DNA of 64,000 bases, taken from positions 129,738 to 193,737 of the forward strand of contig MU619278.1 in the NCBI GenBank assembly GCA_025201805.1, in the 5' to 3' direction. The notes under the pieces were generated by a model. That model saw only the letters and a program-made list of their open reading frames with translations. It made no database searches and had not been told where the DNA came from. The stretch is from Parasitella parasitica NRRL 2501 (lineage: Eukaryota > Fungi > Mucoromycota). Shown in pieces: positions 56,305 to 64,000 of this stretch. A program made the translations under genes and the position numbers. Each line of letters starts with the position of its first letter. The first letter of the stretch is position 1.

Positions 56305-57726
56305 GGTATCTTAACTTCGATTACTTTTTAAATACTGCTTTCGCATCGTTTACTTGACAATGACATTTATTTTTTTTCGTTCCTGATATTTTAATTTTCT
56401 CAAAAGTGAAAAAATTTGCCGTCCTCATTGTAACATCTTTTAATATCTTTATGTTTGATAGAGAAATCTAACGTGCCGATATTTTTCGGTAAATATTCAG
56501 CATTTGGAAAACAAAGCTCTGGAATCTAAAAGTATATTTTTAAATCTTATTCACCCAAAAAAGTAATACGAAAAACCAGTGGTGAATTGATCTATTGCTA
56601 CTAGAAAGCCAAAGAGCCCCCTTAATCTGACTCCAAAGACTATTATACCTTTTGCAAATGCAATCGAAATGAATTTATAAAAACCCGCCCATTCAAAGAA
56701 ATCAAATCGCTCATATTTCAGGAGAATGATTCGTGCTTAGGACGTGTATTCCAATTGCAGCTCCTCAACGATATAGACACTTTACTCAAGAAATAGACAT
56801 AGGGAGCCGAGAAATACAAAAAGCTTTGTAGTTTACATTATTGTCCGTTTTCATTTTAGACGAATGTTGTGCTACATCCAGAAAACAAAAAAGAAAATGA
56901 TGTACCCCTTCTTTTTCCATGCGAGTCAATTGATTATGCATCTTGCATTGCCTTTTTTCCATATTACCATTATTCAACATGTACCCAAACAGAATCCCTA
57001 CTTTTTGCTACTTGTAGTGGAAAGCGTGATTTTCATCATATCTCTTAACCTTGATACATGGTATAATGATGCGAATCAAAAGACTGTTTAAAACACAACA
57101 GTTTAAATTAGTCAGGATCATTATTGTAGATACATGTTGGCCTGGGTATATATTTTAGGTGCATATATTGCAATTAGGCTTGTGATTCGTGTGTAGAGTA
57201 CTGTTATAGGCTAATAATATGCGTATTTTAGCGGGAAACAAAGCCTAAACAAAGGAGGCCATAGGTAACTTTATATGAATGGTGGCCACATGTGATTGTA
57301 GGGTGTTTCTTCTTAATACAATGTACGTCATTTCATACAGAAAAAAAAACGGATTTTGCATAACAAATATACGGCTCTATAGAAGTGATGAGAAATCACA
57401 TTATCATTATATGACATGAATTCGTTGTCTCTATAATATAACCGTTAGTTTGGCCTTTGCACTCCTGAATTCTTCATATTCTTTCCAACTCATTTAATAG
57501 AAAAGAAATTCGACAAGAACATTGCTAAATTAGGTACATGACTTCTGTAACTCATACTAAAGTAAATACCAGCATGTTGCACTAAATTTCAAGCCTCCCC
57601 ACTTTCTTTTTGGCATGTTAAACATCACATTTCTGTGGTATATATAATGAGCTTTCAATACCTTCAAATTTCTTTCTTTTTCCTCATCTGTAACATATTA
57701 TCTATCCACCCATTCATTTACAAATC

Positions 57727-58138
57727 ATGAAGTTCAGCGTATTGTCATCCTTCATCTTCTTGCTCATTAGCGCAGCCTTCTTTATCCAGTCTTCAAATGC
57801 ATTATCACAACCATCAGAGTTAACTGCACTCCATAATAACCCCCGTAGAAACGTGGCTAGGTATGGGTCATCTATAGCTATTCAATGATTTGTTTCACTA
57901 ATGCTTGTCATTAAACAGTTATTTAGCAAAGAGAAAAACATCCAGCAAGCCCAAGAGTTGCGATGGAGAATGTCCTTTAAAGCTTCCCTCATGTCCAAAA
58001 GACTGTCCTCAAACCTGTGGCTATAAAGGTGAGTTAAATCTACAGACATTTAAGCGACTCTATTTTGACAGTTATATAATAGTAAAAAACGATGGATGCT
58101 GTGTGATACTCACTAGCCCATTTTGCCCTGATACATAA
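57727..58138 (+). CDS. Small secreted cysteine-rich prepropeptide (8 Cys), 3 exons
   Basis: Signal peptide MKFSVLSSFIFLLISAAFFIQSSNA; pro-region ending in LAKR; mature C-x3-C-x6-C-x3-C-x3-C-x8-CC-x7-C; two phase-consistent introns; TATA-like sequence at ~57639. Confidence 0.85.
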
Positions 58139-58197
58139 GCTACTGTACACTATTCCCAAGAAAAAAAAATACTGTAATAAAAATCAAATAAACTTTA

Positions 58198-58792
58198 TTA
58201 GTTACATCTTTCATCTTGCAGCATATCTTTTAACATGTCCACTTTTTGCATTATTACTAGGGGCAAATGTTTTGAAACATTACATGTCCACAAAGCAAAA
58301 GAGCTGATTGCTAAAATTATACCTAGTATTGTACCCACTGTCACCTGAGCTTTCGTATGGTGCTGTAGATGCACACGAGACCAAACAACAGAAAAACAGA
58401 AACAATAAAAGGCGATCAGCAGCAAATATTTGTATGGAATTGTTGGTGAAACGAGCACCACGCAAGTTAAATAGCTCGTAAAAAAGCTAATCGCTGTGGA
58501 ATGGGATGACGGCATTCCGTAGCTCTCTTTGACATGCTTCATGCCGCCAACAGGCACTGGACGAGGTTGTTTTATTACATTCTTCAGTGCCTTTGCAACG
58601 AGGGTCGATGCTATGGCACTGACAGTAAAATACACCATATGCATTGAGCGCAAGTACACAAGCGCAAGAAAGGTGCATGTAATGACAATTTCACGAGTCT
58701 ACATGAATATAGAGCATTAGTTGTGTTGAAGAATAATGAAAATTTCTATTTACAAGAGCTAATAATTTCAATATGAAGGTACTGCTTGTCAT
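58198..58792 (-). CDS. PAP2-family dolichyldiphosphatase-like protein (CAX4/DOLPP1), 2 exons
   Basis: KNVIKQPRP, YGMPSSHS and SRVHLQHHTKAQV are the three PAP2 motifs. Confidence 0.88.
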
Positions 58793-58838
58793 TTTGCCAT
58801 GTCGTATATAAACAGTTGTCAAAAAACGCGATTTTAGG

Positions 58839-58869
58839 NNNNNNNNNNAAAAAAAAAAAAAAAAAAAAA
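58839..58869. other. Assembly gap (10 N) abutting a poly(A) run
   Basis: N run at 58839-58848, followed by an A tract. Confidence 0.97.
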
Positions 58870-59605
58870 GGCAAGTACCAGAAAGGAATGCCAATTATAT
58901 GCTGTACATCTCATGCATCAAACAGAACAAGACATTGTGGATTACAGGTTTGACAGGCATTTAGACGTGAATAGTCTTTGCAAAGAATACGTGTCCTAAT
59001 GCCTGCTGAAACATGATTATTAGCACAAATGGTAGTTAACTTGCCTATATTACAAGACCCCGGCCGCCCCAGTGCTAATAGGTTTTTCATTGTTATACAT
59101 ACATATATTTGTACATCAGCACTTTGCCACATTCATTGCTTATCACCGAAAGTGATTTTGACTCAACACTCATTCAAAATCTCCCCTATAAAATGGGTTT
59201 ATACTGTTAAATGGGATATACGGCCTAATCTTGCAAATCCACAATGATGAACTGTGAACATTGGAAAACATAAAAACCATGATATACGCATGCATATGTT
59301 AAACAGGTATGGGATACTGGATCCCGCGTGCCATCTATAATACCACCACACGGATTCGTTCCTTTTCTCTGATATGTACAGCATTTACCAACATAATCTG
59401 TGCAATCAGGACTGTTTGGTTGTACACGATGATAATGACAGCTCTTTGCTCTCGGAAAAAAATTAATGGGTCCAAAGGTTCTCGATTGGCAGGTTATCAT
59501 CTTTGATTTCTTCACCATTGACGATATCCTCGGCAAGGCCCTCTCATATTTTATCAAAAAATAAAATCGGCGAGGATGAGGTTTTAAAACTCACTGAATT
59601 TCATA

Positions 59606-60180
59606 CAGTGCCTCCTCCAATTTTCGTTTTCGACCAAACTGATTTCGTTTTGGTCTCTGACCAGATAAAGTCCAATTTTCGCTTTTTTATCGGCCAAAGT
59701 TCGTTTTGGTAAGGCCACTTCTTAAGTTCGTTTTTGTTCGCTTTAAAGCTCGCTTTTACATCACTCAATCTTCATGTTAAATCTCAAGGTTGAAAGTTGT
59801 TGACAGAGTGATTCGCAATGTTGTGAAGAGCTTTTCTGCTAGTACTTTTGCCTGCTTCAGTAAATCTAGTTTTCAAGTCCTCAGTGCCCGTAGACGCCAT
59901 AACAGCAAAAGCTGTCATTGCCCGTGAGATCAGAAAGTCTCTGAAGCCCAAGAAGATCAAGATTGCTGGAGACCGAAAGAGAAAGTACCCTGTTGGTAAA
60001 AAGATGCCTAAAGGAGCTGTTACTGGGCATTATATAAAATTCATAGCTAAAACACTAGATGAACTGGACAAGTTTCCTGAAATGAAAGGTTTGGACATTG
60101 CCATGGATTACACCTATTCATGCCTCGCAAGATATGACAATGATCGAGGCAAGAGGCTATAAGGTCTTATATCTTCCTCT
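59606..60180 (+). mobile_element. Fragmented Tc1/IS630-like element: left TIR plus catalytic-domain fragment
   Basis: TA|CAGTGCCTCC terminus with repeated TTCGTTTT motifs (59606-~59770). 59890-60180 encodes AITAKAVI..PKGAVTGHYIKFIAKTLDELDKFPEMKG..MD(fs)TPIH..IEARGYKVLYLP. Confidence 0.8.
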
Positions 60181-60328
60181 TTAAGACACTGAGGACTTGA
60201 AATAAAATAACAGAAGTAACGAAGCGAAAAAAAATGATCTTTGGGGCTATATGGTTCTTCAACCCAAATATTGTATATTTTTACTATGTATAATAACATA
60301 TAGAAAGCATGATTATCAAGGAGTTGAA

Positions 60329-61353
60329 CTACAGAGTATGTCGATGAAAAGCCATTTTGAGTGTGGAAAAGGAATTGTATCTGTCGAAAAGATTTTTTTT
60401 TTCAATTCCCTTAGTAGCAGGAATCCTATTTCATCTTCCCTGGGGTTTTCTTTATATAAGCCTGTACGAATATAAGATCCTCTGATTCTGTAGTTGCAAT
60501 TGCCAACTTTTCTTTCTCTATGCAACGTCGTTTAAAATGATCAGCAAAGCTGATGCCATTCTGTGCATATTTCATGATACGCTTTCTTTAGGCTTTGTCA
60601 TCAGATTCATTGTTTTTGGACTCTCTTCTTCACTTGAGATGTGATTGCATTGCAGAAGGATTCTATCTGGGTGTCCTGAATGACGTTGTTATCAAACTTC
60701 TCATTGAATAGTTCGCTTGCTATATTATAAATCTTTTGTAAAGCAGGATCCATATATTCGTCTAAAAAAACAATATGCTTCTGTTGCTGTGTTGAGAAAT
60801 GAATCAATGCAATCATTTCTGGCATAGGTACTTCTGTTCGTGGCGCAATGGAATCAGCATTGTATATGTATACTTTTTTTGCCCAAAGTGAACTACGTAG
60901 TGAATAGTATGGTTCATTCTCTTGTTTGATAAAACCCTCCTCGCGAAAACGTTTGCTTGAAAACCCATTAATATTGACGATCACAAAAAGTGGAAGAGTC
61001 TTTTTGTTGCCAAATATATTTAATGAATATCTCATCAAACGTGTTATAAACTCCTGAATAACCTTGTTCTGAATCTCCACTATGATAAATGGAAGATTCT
61101 TTTTGTTGTCTTTAGGATAGTATACTATATCAGATCGTGTGTTGTCATTGTGCTCTGTAGGTCCAATATAATACGCCAGAGTGCAAATACTATCACCCAC
61201 AACTGAGCTGATTAGAATATCTTCTACTTTTTCTGTGCGAAACAATGCCTTGCTGCAAGAATCAGTTCCAGGTTTAACCGGTAAGGACAAATCGTATATG
61301 TTTTCAGCATGAAGGGCACTGTATGACGTATCGTCTTAAGTGGAAGTTGACAT
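60329..61353 (-). pseudogene. Rpn/PD-(D/E)XK_2-like nuclease pseudogene, copy B (near full-length)
   Basis: ATG at 61353 with a stop at codon 6; PGTDSCSKALF, TRSDIVY..IIVEIQ..FITRLMRY, LWAKK and DPALQKIYNIA motifs; frameshifted C-terminus ending ..YNSFSTLKMAFHRHTL*. Confidence 0.78.
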
Positions 61354-61559
61354 TGTTATTTACAAGTAAAAGGAAAGAGAAATTGAAAAAAAAAAATTAT
61401 ACAACAAGTTATTAAATCCATGTACACAGCCAATTTATTGGTATATAAATCTATGTTATGTGATTGTTTACTTACGCCAACATTGTAGTTGTAACATAAT
61501 CAAGTAAATGAAGGTTTGATAATCACTCCTTGCCTTCCGTTGGTTTAAAATTTCATCAA

Positions 61560-62917
61560 CCATATTTTATTTCGTCAGTTTCCAAACTTGATTTCGTCAA
61601 ATTATGATTTTAATAAATCTCGTTTTTTTCAGTGCACTGGGAAAAGGATTGCATGCTATGGTTGACCCATCCTTGGCAAATTTCAGCAGATACTTCTAAG
61701 TACTCTTCCTTATGTGTTCAACCAAAACATGAGTACCTCTCATAGCAGGATTTCTTCTGACTAAGGTTTTTAGCTTTGAGAAGCATTCCTCAATCGGATT
61801 GAGGAAGGGAGAGTATGGAGGCAAAAGGCACATTTGGTGCTGAGAGTTCTTGAACAACTCTTTTACCATGAGTGCCTTGTGGATGCAGGCATTATCCATG
61901 ACGAAATGGTATGAACCAGCCCCAGTATCATCCAATTCCTTCATAATGCCTTGGATAAACTCCTTGAAGATCTCGCCAGTTGTGCCTCCTTGGACCTTCT
62001 TGACAGAGACATCTTCAACGCCATGATACGAAATGGCTGCAAGAATGGAGACGTTGACAGCCCTCTTGGATTGCGTGAACACAACGCTCTGGCTCGTTTT
62101 CTTAGAGTATCCAATCCCACGAACCAAATTGGCATTAAAACCAGCTTCATCGACAAAGATACAATTGTGGTTGTATGCAATGCCTTTTGTCTACAACTTG
62201 TTAACATACTCGATTGTGGCGGCTATGTTTCTTCGCTCTTCAACAGGTTTGACGCGAGTTAAAGTATAGCCAATGTGCTCTACAAGAAATCTCCATAGAC
62301 CACTGTCTGCCAGATCAGAAAAGCTGCTCATTAGCTTTTCTTTTAACACTTCAAGCGTTTGAATGCAATCCTCGTCAAGAGTTTTTTGTAAAAAGAGCCA
62401 ATGATCTTCATTGAACTTGGTAGTTTGCCCCTTTCTTCTTCCTCTTTTCAAGGGCTCACTACGACCTTCCTGCCTGTAAAGATTTACCTGGATACTACGG
62501 GTAGCGCGACTGACACCCAGTTCTCCAGCAGCCTGAGAAATTGTCTTATCGCCCATCGTATCACGATATTGGATAGCCAGGTCTCATAATTCTTGAGAGA
62601 GCTTTTTGTAAGCTCCTCTTAGACCCCTATGATGGTTTCTTGAGGGAAACTGTTGCTTATTGATGTTTTCCTTTGAAGTTCTGCGGGTAGTCACCATTTT
62701 GTAAGCTTTAAAGTTAATGTTGAAAGTAGAGAAAGAGAGAGATTAATCCTTAGAACAAATTCTTTTAAATAGAAACACTGGTAACACTTAAAAAGACACT
62801 TTGGAAAAAGCGCCATCTCAATGACGAACTGCTCATCATTATTACATCTTGACGAAATCAAGTTTGGAAACTGACGAAATAAAATATGGCTTTTGCTCAA
62901 TTTTGACCGAAATCCGG
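61560..62917 (-). mobile_element. Tc1/IS630-like DD34E DNA transposon with disrupted transposase and TIRs
   Basis: Perfect 41-bp inverted repeats at 61560-61600 and 62849-62889. ATG at 62697; HTH; FVDEAGFN and VMDNACIH-(34)-NPIEE motifs. Premature stops at 62584 and 62191 and a 3' frameshift. Probable outer right end CCGG|TA at 62917. Confidence 0.93.
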
Positions 62918-63673
62918 TAATAGGCTAACGTGGCTTTCTCATTTCAAGTATTCAAGGGCGACGGTTAACAAGTATTAAAAATCCATGAGCAAGTGCAGAG
63001 GGTTAGATTTCATCTCTCCTTTTTTTTTTCTTTTTTCTAAATGATTACTGAGAGCATAGATTAATGCGAGACATAATATTTGGTCTCTCGACCAAATCGT
63101 TGCATGTTAACATCGACGAATGTGGAAATACAACACATTTTTCAAGGACATGCCAATCAATCTGTTGGATGGATGATCGTTAGCCGATGGCAAGTATGCA
63201 CGTTATATTGAATGTCTTTTGTTGTATGTGCTTGTAGTAACGAGATGCAGAGAAATGCCTTCTATGTCAGTGCATTTCAAGTTTGTGGCTCGCAGTAAGG
63301 CTGTTTACCGTCAAAGAAAGAAGAAATAAATTTTCTGAATATTGTTGCAATTATGTTAGAAATTCCCTTTTCAACTTTTATACACTCCAATGTAAGATAT
63401 TGTTGCTTTACAGCCAAATTCAATAAACAGGTAGATCAACAGCAGCGAGAGAGGCAGCATGAACATGGAAAAAAAAAGGGGGGGGGGTGTTATTATCATA
63501 AATGTGATCAATGCCAAAACGTTCTGGGTTTTGACATTTATACACCATTGATGGCCACTACTGCGACTTTTTGAGAAATGCGCTTTGTTGCTGTGTCGGC
63601 CATGTGCATTGTTGTTATCCAAATTTTATGAAATTGTGCATTATTCATGAGAAATACCGATTTGGTCTATTGG

Positions 63674-64000
63674 GTTAGCCTTCTTGTCCAAAAGCGTCTT
63701 GCTGCCTCTGTCCTCAAGTGCGGTCAAAGAAAGATTTGGCTAGATCCCAATGAAGTCAACGAGATCTCCAATGCCAACTCTCATAAGTTTTCACTGTTCC
63801 CGACCCCACTTTGCTATACTCATACCTAGCAACAGGCGCCGACATTCGTAAACTCGTAAAGGACGGTCTTATCATTCGCAAGCCCGAGATCTCTCAATCT
63901 CGCTTCCGTGTTCTTGATCGTGCTGCTGCCAAATGTAATGGTTGTCATACGGGTCATGGTGAGAGAAAGGGTACTGCTGATGCCCGTATGCGTGTCCTCC
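63674..64000 (+). pseudogene. RPL19: 60S ribosomal protein L19 (eL19) pseudogene, intron-containing, runs off the window
   Basis: [45 protein letters not shown]. The intron donor GT is mutated to AT at 63783; conserved KRxGRH has become KCNGCH and GKRKGT has become GERKGT. Confidence 0.85.

Noticed and set aside
59199-59560. Cys-containing minus-strand ORFs and an LPIENLW string resembling the Tc1 NPIENLW motif
   Set aside because: No signal peptide, no SPDL context and no consistent frame; cannot be assigned.

Overview
Eukaryotic fungal DNA, most consistent with Mucorales (Rhizopus/Mucor-like): short 45-65 nt GT-AG introns, AT-rich intergenic DNA, Mucorales-type Tc1 transposases, and WNK and GRP94 genes. 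Positions ~0.5-55 kb are a gene-dense housekeeping block: SDR, WNK kinase, DIS3L2-like RNase, GT2, RIO1, GRP94, M50B peptidase, bc1 core protein 1, MBOAT, TES1, TAL1, chitin synthase, PCK1, MTC6-like, FIP-like coiled coil, BNA6, XLF-like and MAPKBP1/WDR62-like. Positions ~55-64 kb are a decayed, transposon-rich compartment. It holds three Tc1/IS630-like remnants, an intact small secreted 8-Cys peptide gene, a DOLPP1-like gene, an RPL19 pseudogene and two degraded, diverged copies of a gene resembling bacterial Rpn/PD-(D/E)XK_2 nucleases. The most notable observation is that both nuclease copies are followed ~125-145 nt downstream by a shared GTCCTCA(G/T)TG motif. The same motif sits at both breakpoints of a Tc1 fragment, which suggests an undescribed mobile element family carrying a PD-(D/E)XK nuclease. 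All gene models and family calls were made by eye, without database searches.
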